Virus record (IMG/VR): IMGVR_UViG_2933096044_000001
Span: 35,146 to 99,145 of that record
Strand: one strand, 5' to 3'
Source of the DNA: a virus
Taxonomy: Duplodnaviria; Caudoviricetes
Length of the DNA stretch: 64,000 nucleotides
The notes below the pieces were generated by a model that was given only the letters and a program-made list of their open reading frames with translations, was not told where the DNA came from and did no database searches. Shown here piece after piece: positions 8,465 through 17,795 of this stretch (position 1 is its first letter; each line of letters begins with the position of its first letter). The translations under genes were made by a program, and so were the position numbers.

Positions 8465-10033
8465 TCAGTCCTCGCCGCTGGCGTCCGGGATCAGGACGTC
8501 ATCGAGCCGGTCCGGGTCGGGAACGGTCAGCCCGAGTTCGTCGCGCAGCCTCTTGACCTCGGCCGTGACCTGGTGGTCGTCCCACTCGGCGTGGACGAGG
8601 CGCACCTTGGACTCCAGGCTGATCGCCTGGGCCCGGTTGAACAGCTCGACCGTACGACCCAACGCTTCCGGGTCCGGCAGGACACCGTCTGGCCAGTGCA
8701 CTTCGGCCCGCTCGGGCGTGACCTTCGTACCCCACACGCCAAGGTCCACCGACAGCAGGGCCTCTGAGAGCCACTGCAAAGGCGGCGTCCAGTAGCCCGT
8801 CTTCCTGCCCCTGGTCGAGAAGGACTTGCGATCGCGGCTGTGGATCTCCGTTGCGGTCAACTGCCGGCCGGAGCCGTCCGCCTCGCCGAACGATGACGCG
8901 CTGTATCCCGCGCCCCTCAAGATTTGGGCGATCAGTGCTTTGGCGGACTCAACATGCTCGGTCACCCTGATCGCGAACTGGCTGATCGTCAGCATCGCGT
9001 TCGGCGCGGCACCGGGCGGCGGGAGCATCGCCAGGCCGGAGTAGATCTCCTTGTCCGGGTCCCAGCTCGCGCCCTTGCCACGGCCGTGGTTCTCAAGGAA
9101 CAGATCCGGGATCACAATCCTGCCCTTGCCAAGGCGGATGTCGCGCATCAGCGAGGTCCACACCTCGTCGAGGCTGTCCATCAGGTGCTCAACGCCCTGG
9201 TAATCGGAGCGTCCGAGCGCCGTTCCCCTGATCAGTCGGTGGGGCCTCATGTTGGGCACGTAGCTGGTAAGCAGCCCGCGGGGGAAGTAGGTGTCGAACC
9301 CTCCGGTTTCGTCCACTTTGTCGGCGTAGATCTTGGTTTCGGGATGCTCCGTCAGCGGGATCGGCTTGCCGAGTTTGTCGCTGGTGCCCTCGTAGAGGCC
9401 GTGGTAGACGCGGCCCTTCTCATGTCGTTCCAGATGCCGGATCACGCACTTGTCGTCCTCGGCGAGGACCTTCCAGAACGTGACTGCCGCCAGAGCTCCG
9501 TATCGGAATTCGGGGATGGCGGAGTCGGGCGGGAACACTGACAGAACCGGGTGGTCGTACATCTCGGTGTCCCAGCCGACTCTGAGGAACACTCCGCCGT
9601 ACGCTGAGCTGACCTCCGCAGCCTCCAGGAGCGCCCCGTAGATGCCGGCCTCGTGCATGAGCGCGTCGAGCCGCTTCTGCCCGTTCTTCCCCTTCACCCT
9701 CAGGGTCGGAGGTTCGCTGAACAGCAGGTCGGCCGAGGTGCTGCTGATGTCGCCCGCGACCGGCACGTGCAGCTTCGTGTTCCGGACCTGCCCGGCCGGC
9801 GTCGGCGAACCCCAGAACCAGCGCGACACGCGGTTGATGATCCCGGTCACCCCTGGTTGTGGGCGGTCCCACCCCTTCGGATCCAGGCCGATACCGTGGA
9901 CCTGGTTCGCGCCGTACACGCGCGCCAGATGGTCAGGATCCCCGGCGTACCACGCCTCCCACTGCTGGTAGAGCCGCAGTTCACGCTTGATGTGCGGCGG
10001 CGGCCACTCCTGGTCCTGCACCGGCAGCGGCAT
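8465..10033 (-). CDS. portal protein
   Basis: KLHVP...DI...SADLLF.E.P, LGRSDY, LTATEI motifs. Confidence 0.9.
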   Translation of the reverse strand: MPLPVQDQEWPPPHIKRELRLYQQWEAWYAGDPDHLARVYGANQVHGIGLDPKGWDRPQPGVTGIINRVSRWFWGSPTPAGQVRNTKLHVPVAGDISSTSADLLFSEPPTLRVKGKNGQKRLDALMHEAGIYGALLEAAEVSSAYGGVFLRVGWDTEMYDHPVLSVFPPDSAIPEFRYGALAAVTFWKVLAEDDKCVIRHLERHEKGRVYHGLYEGTSDKLGKPIPLTEHPETKIYADKVDETGGFDTYFPRGLLTSYVPNMRPHRLIRGTALGRSDYQGVEHLMDSLDEVWTSLMRDIRLGKGRIVIPDLFLENHGRGKGASWDPDKEIYSGLAMLPPPGAAPNAMLTISQFAIRVTEHVESAKALIAQILRGAGYSASSFGEADGSGRQLTATEIHSRDRKSFSTRGRKTGYWTPPLQWLSEALLSVDLGVWGTKVTPERAEVHWPDGVLPDPEALGRTVELFNRAQAISLESKVRLVHAEWDDHQVTAEVKRLRDELGLTVPDPDRLDDVLIPDASGED

Positions 10034-10072
10034 CTCACGCCCTCACTCTTCTGTTGTTGATCACCGGGACGT

Positions 10073-10324
10073 TCAGGCGGGCCAATGCCAGGTGCCTGGG
10101 AGGTCGCCGGGCGGGACGTTGTACTCGTGGAACCCGCCTCGGGCGCCGGGGGTGAAGACCCACAGATGCGCATGCAGCGGTGATTCCAGCGGCGGGACCG
10201 CGCCGACCTGGACCCCTTCGGGGTCGAGAGTGTCCACGTCAGCGGTCACGATCGCTGCCCTGATCGCCTGCAGGCCCTGTCGGCCGCGATAGCGGACGAT
10301 CCGCCCGGTTGTCGGACGCTCCAT
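10073..10324 (-). CDS. small hypothetical phage protein
   Basis: PTTGRIVRY...AAIVT...PGTWHWP. Confidence 0.55.
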   Translation of the reverse strand: MERPTTGRIVRYRGRQGLQAIRAAIVTADVDTLDPEGVQVGAVPPLESPLHAHLWVFTPGARGGFHEYNVPPGDLPGTWHWPA

Positions 10325-10333
10325 CAGAACTCC

Positions 10334-10633
10334 TTAGATGACGTAGATCAGCCCTGCGGGCAGCACCGGTAGTTGAGGCGGGGCCGTCACGCGGACCCAC
10401 GCCTGGTAGGTGCCGTCCGGCCGCTCGACCGTGCCGCCAGGGCCGAAGAGGATGCGCGCGTCTGCGCCCTGCTGGGTGATGGAAGCGGGGTCCCATTCGG
10501 CGTCGTTCCAGTCGTCCTCAACCGGCTCCACGCCAGGAACGGTGAAGGCGATATGCACGACTTCCGAGCCGTTCGCTCCGCGCACGAAGAACGGCAGCCA
10601 CTCGCGCGACAACGACGAGATGGGTTCCTGCAC
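10334..10633 (-). CDS. small beta-sandwich structural protein
   Basis: W..AEW...LFGPGG...G.Y.AWVRVT. Confidence 0.5.
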   Translation of the reverse strand: MQEPISSLSREWLPFFVRGANGSEVVHIAFTVPGVEPVEDDWNDAEWDPASITQQGADARILFGPGGTVERPDGTYQAWVRVTAPPQLPVLPAGLIYVI

Positions 10634-10644
10634 CAGGGATCTCC

Positions 10645-12090
10645 TTACGTGTGCGTCGAAGCGGACCAGGAACGGCGCGGCGGATCAGCGCTCCACAAGC
10701 GCCGACCACTGCTCGCGCCCCATCGCCGACACGGGCCGTCTGCGCTCGTGATCGCCCGACCGACCTCGATGACGAGCGCGGCCTCGACCAGCGCGGACGA
10801 GTCGGAAGCGCTGGTCGGCTGGTAGGACGACGCGGTTTCGGCCGCCGCCGCGGTGTCGGTGCGTTCGAGTAGCACGGTCACGGTGGCCGCTTCGCCGATG
10901 GCCGCCGTCTCCTGGGCACCTGGCCCGGCCGCGGCTTGCTCATCCAGGGCGCCAGCATCTGCGGCGGTGCGGAGCACATCGACGCGCGCGGCCTCGCCGA
11001 GTAGCAACGTCTCGTCGGTGATGTTCTGAGCCGACAGAGCGGCTGTCTCCACGGCCGCCGCGGTGTCGAAGGTGACCGGCCCGAAGATCTCTTCTCGTGA
11101 TGCCGCCTCGCTCAGTGCTACTGAGTCGGCTGCGGCCAGGCCGATGTTGGCCTGTTCTACGAGGGAAGCTGCATCGTCTCGCGCCAGGGCCACCTGGAGG
11201 GTGGCCACGTCGGTCAGGCCCGCCGCCTCGGCGCGCCCCGTGTCGGCCGTGATCGTGGACGCTTCCGTCTGCGATGCGTTGTCGGCGGCCGTGGCCGAAG
11301 CGCTGACGGTGCCTGCCTCCGTGACGCCGGCGACGTCATCGGCTCGCGGGCCTGCCTGTGCGAGGTCGATCATTGCGGCTGAGTCGGTCCGGTCGAGCAG
11401 GACAGCCTGCGACACCATCTCCGACAGGGCCGCTGAGTCTACGCCCGTCTTCTCCACTGGGCCGGTCACGCCGGACGCGACCCGGATCGTCACGCCGCCG
11501 ATGATCCACGCGAAGCTCGTGCTCAGCGTCATGTCGGGGGATGTCTCGCCCGCGCCGAGCTCTCGGGTTCCGAGCCAACCCGACGCGTAGACGTCGGAGC
11601 TCAGGCTGGCTTGAACGTCCCAGGCCGGATCGGCCTCCCAGGTGAGCGATTCGCCATCGGGCAGCGCAGCGGCCCACCGGATGTCCAAGGCCGGTCCGGC
11701 CCCGACTCCCTTGGTGACGATCGAGCCGAGCGAATCGACGTGCTCAACGAGGAACTGCGGGGTGACGGCTGTATCCGCTTCCGCTACCGACAGGACGACA
11801 GCGACACCGTCAGCGCCGTTTCCCTTTGCGAAACCGTACGATGCCGGTTCAGCTGAGCCGGCGACCTTCCACCACACCTTGTGCAGAAATCTGCGCCCTT
11901 GGAAAGTGCCACTGCCATAGAGGAATTGCCAGGTCGTGCCACCGGTCGGGGTGGTGAGGTCGGTCTGCGCGCCAACATCGGCGACCTGGAACGCGAACAT
12001 CACGTCCTGGGCGACCGTCCCGGGCGGCTTGGTCACGGTGAACGAGGTCGCTAGCCCGGTATGCCACTCCCGGCCCCTGACGTGAGCCAT
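10645..12090 (-). CDS. fibre-like structural protein with D-x-A-x-x-x-E repeats
   Basis: globular N-terminal domain plus many DSAALSE-like repeats. Confidence 0.55.
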   Translation of the reverse strand: MAHVRGREWHTGLATSFTVTKPPGTVAQDVMFAFQVADVGAQTDLTTPTGGTTWQFLYGSGTFQGRRFLHKVWWKVAGSAEPASYGFAKGNGADGVAVVLSVAEADTAVTPQFLVEHVDSLGSIVTKGVGAGPALDIRWAAALPDGESLTWEADPAWDVQASLSSDVYASGWLGTRELGAGETSPDMTLSTSFAWIIGGVTIRVASGVTGPVEKTGVDSAALSEMVSQAVLLDRTDSAAMIDLAQAGPRADDVAGVTEAGTVSASATAADNASQTEASTITADTGRAEAAGLTDVATLQVALARDDAASLVEQANIGLAAADSVALSEAASREEIFGPVTFDTAAAVETAALSAQNITDETLLLGEAARVDVLRTAADAGALDEQAAAGPGAQETAAIGEAATVTVLLERTDTAAAAETASSYQPTSASDSSALVEAALVIEVGRAITSADGPCRRWGASSGRRLWSADPPRRSWSASTHT

Positions 12091-12121
12091 CAGCAGTGCC
12101 TCCGTTCAGAGGTGAGGAGGC

Positions 12122-12664
12122 TCAGGTCAGGGTCAGCGTCACAGACAGCACCCAGGACGCAGCGCTTGTCTTGGTGCCGAGGCTCTCGACCTTGCGGTTC
12201 AGCATCCGACCGCCGGTCGCAGCGTTGAAGATCGCCCACTCGTTCCAGGCATGGTTGGCCTCGCTGGTCGCGAACGTCGCCCTGAAGGTGATCGTCGAAT
12301 TCGCGGTGCCGCCTGTGCCGTCCGTGTGCTGCGGGAACCCGGAGTCCATGGCCTTGCGCAGCTTGTTGGTCGCGGCCTGGAGGTCGGTCTGCGTCTTGGC
12401 TTCGGCGGCGGTGGAGTCGCCGACGCCGAGGTGCGCGTTGGCCGCGTTGTAGTAGGTGAGCGCCTGGCCTGCCGTCGCGGTGCCGTTGCCGATCAGCATC
12501 TGCCAGATCGCGGACGCGCCGCCGTGCATGAGGGCGTTGCCCTCGCGCTCGATCACGTCGTAGGGCAGGGCGTCGGGGCCGGTGTCGTCGCCCCAGTACT
12601 TCTCCAGCCGCCACGAGACCTTCCACTTGAGCGGGTCTCGGGTGAGCAGGCTCTCGGCAGACAT
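12122..12664 (-). CDS. minor virion protein (collar/fibre-attachment-like)
   Basis: LGVGDST...QTDLQ...F.ATF...EAN..W.EW..FNA. Confidence 0.6.
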   Translation of the reverse strand: MSAESLLTRDPLKWKVSWRLEKYWGDDTGPDALPYDVIEREGNALMHGGASAIWQMLIGNGTATAGQALTYYNAANAHLGVGDSTAAEAKTQTDLQAATNKLRKAMDSGFPQHTDGTGGTANSTITFRATFATSEANHAWNEWAIFNAATGGRMLNRKVESLGTKTSAASWVLSVTLTLT

Positions 12665-12850
12665 ACAAACTCCCTGGTCAGGGTCGGGTCGTCACAGGTC
12701 CAGCAGTGCGGCTCCGGCCCCGCGCTGCCCCTCAACAGCGGGGGCCGGGGCCGCACCTGGTGCTCGACGCGCGTACGGGGAAGCCGCGCGGAGCGACGCA
12801 CCTCCGGGCGGCCAGGCCGCCACAACCGGCCGCATGTCCGGGGTGCGCGT

Positions 12851-14137
12851 TTAGAGAACGGGGACGGGTTCGAGCAGCCTCAACCAGGCCGCTTGGGTGG
12901 TGTGCAGGGAATACCGCAGGGCATCCACGCTGTGGTCGTCCACCTTGACCGGAACGTCATCGCCGCGCTCGGCCTTGCGCTCGTCCCACGCGTAGCCGAC
13001 CATCTCGTCGAGCAGGCCGCGGCAGCTCGCGTGCACGCGCAGGTGGTCGGCGGAGATGAGGTTCGACACGGTCCGGATGCCGTCCAAGACCGCGTTGTCG
13101 GCCTGCATGGGCCGGTAGTGGTCCCGGTAGAGCTGCTGGATGAACGAGGCCGCGCTCGGGTCGACCACGAGCCACTCGGGCCTGACGCCGCGCGTCCCCG
13201 GCCCGTAGGTGTCCGGGATGCGGTCCAGCCAGTCGGTCAGCCGCGTGCTGTACTCCGAGTCCGTCAACTGCCGCCGCTCGGCGCGGGAGTCGTAGCGCAT
13301 CTCGGATGCGACGTAGATGCGGCGCTGCCCCTCGCGATCAGGCACGCTGACGCCCAGCAGCACCGCGGCGAACGGATTCGTCGTGCCGTAGTCCACGCCG
13401 ACCGACAGCCACTTCTCCATCAGCGGCAGCGAGGTCACAACATGCTTGTCCTCGTCGAACTGGTCGTAGATCGCGCCCTCAGCCATGACCCACAAGCCCT
13501 GAATGAAGCGCTTGTACCAGAGCCCGGAATACTCGCTCTTGAGGGCCTTGACGTAGGCCGGGTCAAGGCTGTGGTTGTCGTCCAAGGTGAAGTGCCACGA
13601 CCTCAGATCGAGCTCGTGGGCCCGATCGAGGAAGTCCTTCTTCAGCCAGTGCGACGGCGCGTCCGGGTTCGTGCTCCCGAACAACTTGGCGCCCGTTACC
13701 GACAAGCGGCTGAGCAACATGTCCCAGAACGCGCGGTCGATCAGCGTGATCTCGTCCACGTACGCGCCGACCGCCGTCATGCCGCGCAGGCGGTTCTCTG
13801 CTCGGGCATCGTTGGAGGTGACGATCTCGACAGTGCGGCCCAAAATCTTCGCGGTGGGCGCACCTCTGGTGTAGGTGATCCTCTTGGCGATCGGGCCGGT
13901 GATCGCGGGGTCCATGAGCGGCTCGAAGACGTTTCTGCCGACGGTGTCGCTCGTCTTGCCGACCACGACCAGAGAGCCACCCCTTGGCGCGTTCGCCACG
14001 AAGATCACCCAGCGGATCAGCGAGGCGATCGTCTTCCCGCTGCGGATCGCCCCCTGCCAGATGTTCAGACGTGCCGTTGACTCAGCGATGCTCTTCTCTT
14101 GCTTCGGCGACAGCTTGACCGCCAGGCCCAGGCTCAA
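12851..14137 (-). CDS. terL: terminase large subunit
   Basis: Walker A GAIRSGKT, Walker B AYVDE, STNPD, GVDYG, DDHSVDALRY. Confidence 0.95.
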   Translation of the reverse strand: MSLGLAVKLSPKQEKSIAESTARLNIWQGAIRSGKTIASLIRWVIFVANAPRGGSLVVVGKTSDTVGRNVFEPLMDPAITGPIAKRITYTRGAPTAKILGRTVEIVTSNDARAENRLRGMTAVGAYVDEITLIDRAFWDMLLSRLSVTGAKLFGSTNPDAPSHWLKKDFLDRAHELDLRSWHFTLDDNHSLDPAYVKALKSEYSGLWYKRFIQGLWVMAEGAIYDQFDEDKHVVTSLPLMEKWLSVGVDYGTTNPFAAVLLGVSVPDREGQRRIYVASEMRYDSRAERRQLTDSEYSTRLTDWLDRIPDTYGPGTRGVRPEWLVVDPSAASFIQQLYRDHYRPMQADNAVLDGIRTVSNLISADHLRVHASCRGLLDEMVGYAWDERKAERGDDVPVKVDDHSVDALRYSLHTTQAAWLRLLEPVPVL

Positions 14138-14631
14138 GCTTCGCCCCCGGCGTCGTCGTATTCGATCGCGCCCTGGATGACCTCGGCTTCGAGAATTACG
14201 TCGGTGTCCGGGTCGGGCACGTTGTGGCGCTGCTGGAGCTGGAGCAGCATGTTGCCGAGCAGGCTGGCCATGTCGTTGTCGGCCGCGCCGTTCCTGTTGA
14301 TGAGGTCCAGGCCCAGGAGACTGGCTCGCTTGTTCACGATCTTCAGGGCGGCCTCGACGGCGTTGACCTCGCCCTTGAGCACTCGCGGCCAGACGGACGC
14401 CATCATGCGGTCCAGCCGGTTGATCTCCAGGTGCAGCAGTTCCTCGGCCGCCATCGCCTCCTGCTTGGCCGCCTTCTTCAGCGCGGTCGTAATGTCCTTG
14501 GAGACGAGCTGCGGCGAGGAGTAGCCGAGCCGCTGCGCGATAACCGCGTTGCTGACTCCAGCGATACGCATCTGCAACGCCTGGTAGCGCCGCTCGTGCC
14601 GCGCAAGCTTGACCTGGGCGTCTTCGGCCAT
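14134..14631 (-). CDS. terS: terminase small subunit
   Basis: HTH (IAQRLGYSS), RLD...W...G...KRASLLGLD; overlaps terL start. Confidence 0.75.
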   Translation of the reverse strand: MAEDAQVKLARHERRYQALQMRIAGVSNAVIAQRLGYSSPQLVSKDITTALKKAAKQEAMAAEELLHLEINRLDRMMASVWPRVLKGEVNAVEAALKIVNKRASLLGLDLINRNGAADNDMASLLGNMLLQLQQRHNVPDPDTDVILEAEVIQGAIEYDDAGGEA

Positions 14632-14648
14632 TAGGGGTCAGCTCCTTT

Positions 14649-14668
14649 CGCTTGCGCTACCGCTGGCG
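14649..14668. promoter_or_regulatory. motif copy 4
   Basis: CGCTTGCG CTAC CGCTGGCG. Confidence 0.75.
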
Positions 14669-15412
14669 TTGCGCGTGACTTCGCAGTGCCGCCATCACCA
14701 CCTCCGCAAGCGACGCATCACCGTCTCGGCTGCGGATGCCCGCGACCAAGCCGGTCACCTCGTCGTGCTGAGCGGCGGTCAGCGGCACGATCAGCTCGAC
14801 CATCGCGCCCGCCTTCGGGCGCGGCGGCGGCGCAGCCGAGTTGGCCGGCTCGTCGTGCGCGTCTTGGTCGTGCCTGTCCGTGGGTTCGTCGTCCTCGATG
14901 TCGGACGGGTCGTCCTCGTCGTCGGGGTCGTCTTCGAGAGACGCGGGTGCGGAAGGTGCCGGTGTCGGCGTTGGCCTGCTGGTGGCGAGTTCGTCGTGCA
15001 CGATCTCGATGTCGCCGAGGTCGTCGAGCAGGTCGGAGAGGTCTTCGTCTCGCCAACCGGTGCCGTCCAGGTCCGGAAGCGACTGCAGCAGCTCTGCGAG
15101 CTTGGCGTCGTCGTACTGGCCGTACTCGGCGAGCCGGTTGTCCGCGAGCATGATCCGTTGAGCGGTCTCGTCGTCCACGTCGATGATGACCGTGGGCACG
15201 TGCTTCAGTCCGGCCTTGGCCGCTCCGCGCCAGCGGTGCTCACCTGCGACGATCCGCATCCGGGACTTCTGCGCGACGACGGACCCGTAGAAGCCGAACT
15301 GCTTGATCGACCCTGCGATGCGGTTCACATCGCCCTGGTGTGGGTTGTCCGGGTGCGGCTCCAGGTCGCTGACCGCGACCATCCGGTACTCCTGCGGCGC
15401 GATCTTCGCCAT
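14657..15412 (-). CDS. ParB/Srx-like N-terminal domain protein
   Basis: L.PHPDNP, SIKQFGF, IVAGEHRWR, LADNR. Confidence 0.8.
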   Translation of the reverse strand: MAKIAPQEYRMVAVSDLEPHPDNPHQGDVNRIAGSIKQFGFYGSVVAQKSRMRIVAGEHRWRGAAKAGLKHVPTVIIDVDDETAQRIMLADNRLAEYGQYDDAKLAELLQSLPDLDGTGWRDEDLSDLLDDLGDIEIVHDELATSRPTPTPAPSAPASLEDDPDDEDDPSDIEDDEPTDRHDQDAHDEPANSAAPPPRPKAGAMVELIVPLTAAQHDEVTGLVAGIRSRDGDASLAEVVMAALRSHAQRQR

Positions 15413-15487
15413 CAGCCCTCCCCTGACGCCCTCGGGAGGGCCAAGTAGTCGACTATCCTGACCTGCGACTTTTCGTGTTTCCGCAGG

Positions 15488-15730
15488 TCAGTTTCCGAAG
15501 TGGTCGTCATCAGCCGCCAGCGTCTCCAGCACGGCCGACTCGGGCGTCTCGACGATCTCGACTGTCTCCCCGGTCATCCACAGCGCGCGGGCGCCCGCCC
15601 TCTCGGCGAACGCCATGAGCGTCTGCTGGGACTCCGGGTCGCCATCGAACTGATCCGCGATCAGCGCGAACGGCTCCTCGTGGATGCCGGCCAGCTCGAC
15701 CAAGGGGAGCCGCAGGACCTGGATACGCAC
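15488..15730 (-). CDS. hypothetical protein
   Basis: intact ORF coupled to upstream gene. Confidence 0.5.
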   Translation of the reverse strand: MRIQVLRLPLVELAGIHEEPFALIADQFDGDPESQQTLMAFAERAGARALWMTGETVEIVETPESAVLETLAADDDHFGN

Positions 15731-16032
15731 TACTCAGCCGCCGAGACGAGCGGCGCGTATCTGCGCGCGAAGATCGACTTCGGGACGGGCCAGAACTCGC
15801 CCGCCCCGTCGTGCAGGACGTAGTCGCCGAGGCCAGCGCGCTGCATGCCCTCAGGCGTCTGAATGTCCACGTACTCACCGGCGCGGCCCCGGATCGCGGT
15901 CTGCCCGACAATGCCCCGCAGGTTCGAGTATTGGTTGATCCAAGACACGACGTCCTCGACCTGGCCGCCGACGACCTCCACGGCCTCGACCAGCTCGGGC
16001 GCGTGCTCGCACTCCTTGATCTCCAAGGTCAT
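15730..16032 (-). CDS. hypothetical phage protein
   Basis: VEAV...I.TPEG...A..GDYV...GEFWPV...IF...Y. Confidence 0.6.
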   Translation of the reverse strand: MTLEIKECEHAPELVEAVEVVGGQVEDVVSWINQYSNLRGIVGQTAIRGRAGEYVDIQTPEGMQRAGLGDYVLHDGAGEFWPVPKSIFARRYAPLVSAAE

Positions 16033-16080
16033 CTTCTCCTTCGGCGCGCAGCGCTTATTTTGAGTAGGTAAGTTAAGGGT

Positions 16081-16443
16081 ATGGCAGGTCTACAACGCAT
16101 CACCCAGCCCACACTGGACGTGCTGGAAGTGCTGCTGCGCGCCCACAAGGAGGGCGAAAAGATCTACGGCTGGGCGATCATGAAAGAGACGAAACGCTCC
16201 GGCCCAACCGTCTACAACGCCCTCGACCGCCTCGAAGATGCAGGCTGGATCACCGGCGAGTGGGAAGACCTCGAACCTGACGCCAACCGCCCTCGGCGCC
16301 GCTTCTACCAACTCACCGGCGAAGGAGCTCCCGCAGCCCATGCGCTCCTCGCGAAGCGCCGCCCCGACGCCATGAAGACGCGGCCGAAATTCGGCTTCGC
16401 CCCGCTCTCAACGGTCCGTGCGTTGCTGAGTGGTGGCCAATGA
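16081..16443 (+). CDS. PadR-family transcriptional regulator
   Basis: YGW.I...SGPTVY..L.RLE..GWI...RRRFYQLT.EG. Confidence 0.9.
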   Translation: MAGLQRITQPTLDVLEVLLRAHKEGEKIYGWAIMKETKRSGPTVYNALDRLEDAGWITGEWEDLEPDANRPRRRFYQLTGEGAPAAHALLAKRRPDAMKTRPKFGFAPLSTVRALLSGGQ

Positions 16444-16961
16444 CCACAGAGATAGCGATGCTCATCGTCGGCGTATTACTGGCCGAGGGAACGGAAATCG
16501 CTCCCTGGCTCGCAAAGCGACTCGTACGCTGGTCAGCTCACATCCGCTACCTCGACCGAAGAAGAGCAGAAGTGCGCGCCGAAGAGTGGGAAGCAGTCAT
16601 CGAGCACCGGCCTGGGAAACTGTTCAAGCTTGCCACGGCTCTGCTGTTCACATTGCAAGCCGGAGCAACGTGGACTTCCCGTCTGCTGGTCCGGCTGCGG
16701 GTGTACGTGCAGGCCAAACGGAACCACAGCCGCCGATCCGCTCCTCCGCCCGAGGCCATCCTCACGAAAATTATCAAGGAGAAACAAAGCTTCTTGGAAG
16801 ACCAACAGAGATCGACAGTGGTCTTGAACGATCGAGCGCTTACCCCTGTTGTAAATAGAGGGGTAACCGTCCTAATTGATTATGGGAATACCGTTACAGC
16901 TCACGTACCCGGATGTTCATGTCAGACAGACCGAAGCGACGCCGACAATGAGGCCCGCTGA
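16440..16961 (+). CDS. PadR-coupled membrane protein
   Basis: ATGA overlap; hydrophobic N-terminus; R.AEEW motif. Confidence 0.6.
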   Translation: MTTEIAMLIVGVLLAEGTEIAPWLAKRLVRWSAHIRYLDRRRAEVRAEEWEAVIEHRPGKLFKLATALLFTLQAGATWTSRLLVRLRVYVQAKRNHSRRSAPPPEAILTKIIKEKQSFLEDQQRSTVVLNDRALTPVVNRGVTVLIDYGNTVTAHVPGCSCQTDRSDADNEAR

Positions 16962-16972
16962 ATAGGAATGGC

Positions 16973-17758
16973 CTAGCGGTTCACCCACACGGACTCAACA
17001 GCGTACCGCCGCTCATCCGAGCTGGATGCGCGCACGCGGTAGTCGATGCGTCGCCAGTCGAAGAGTAGCTCGTCGTACAGCTCCGACCGGTAGCCGGACA
17101 GCACGATCGCGGACTTGCAGGCGGCGAGCACCTCCAGGAGGCGGCGGTGTTCGGGCTCGCGGTCCATCTCCTTGACGTAGTGGCCGCTGCCGAACACGTT
17201 TCTTGTGCTGCGCAGGTACGGCGGGTCCACGTACATGGCTGTCTGCGGCGAATCCATACGGGCGATCAGCTCGAACGCGTCCACCTGCTCAATGAACGCC
17301 TCCCGCAGCCGGGCCGCGTGCCAGCGCAGCGCCGCGGCGGCCCGCTTGGAGCCGGCCGGGTTGTTGACCCTCGTTCTCGAGGTCGGTCTCCGCCAAGAGG
17401 CGCCCGCCTCGCCACTTCGGGACTGAGTGCATTGGATCCACCAGCGGCGGGCACGTTCGAGGTCAGTCTCTGCGGTGTCGCCCAGCTTGGCGGCCTGGTG
17501 CTCGGCGCGGGCGTACGGCGTGAGCTCGATCGCGCGGATCAGGGCGCGGGGACGGTCGCGGAGGGTTTGCATGAAGCACACGAGGTCGCCGTTGATGTCG
17601 TTGATCGTCTCGATGGGGACGGGGTCCTTGGCGAAGAAGACGGCGGCCGACCCTGCGAAGGGTTCGACGTACACCTCGTGCTTGGGGAGCAGGCTGGCCA
17701 GGAAGGGGCCCAGCCTGCCCTTGGCGCCGTAGTACTGGAAAGGGGGACGCAACGCCAT
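16973..17758 (-). CDS. DNA adenine methyltransferase (Dam/D12 class)
   Basis: YYGAK, YVEPFAGS, IND, YVDPPY. Confidence 0.92.
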   Translation of the reverse strand: MALRPPFQYYGAKGRLGPFLASLLPKHEVYVEPFAGSAAVFFAKDPVPIETINDINGDLVCFMQTLRDRPRALIRAIELTPYARAEHQAAKLGDTAETDLERARRWWIQCTQSRSGEAGASWRRPTSRTRVNNPAGSKRAAAALRWHAARLREAFIEQVDAFELIARMDSPQTAMYVDPPYLRSTRNVFGSGHYVKEMDREPEHRRLLEVLAACKSAIVLSGYRSELYDELLFDWRRIDYRVRASSSDERRYAVESVWVNR

Positions 17759-17795
17759 CGAGCCCTCCTTGCTGCACTGGATCGATTTCCGTAGC

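Noticed and set aside
12251-14080. Long + strand ORFs (also 7288-8556, 53569-54993, 59880-61265)
   Set aside because: Antisense shadows of well-supported minus-strand genes, expected in high-GC DNA
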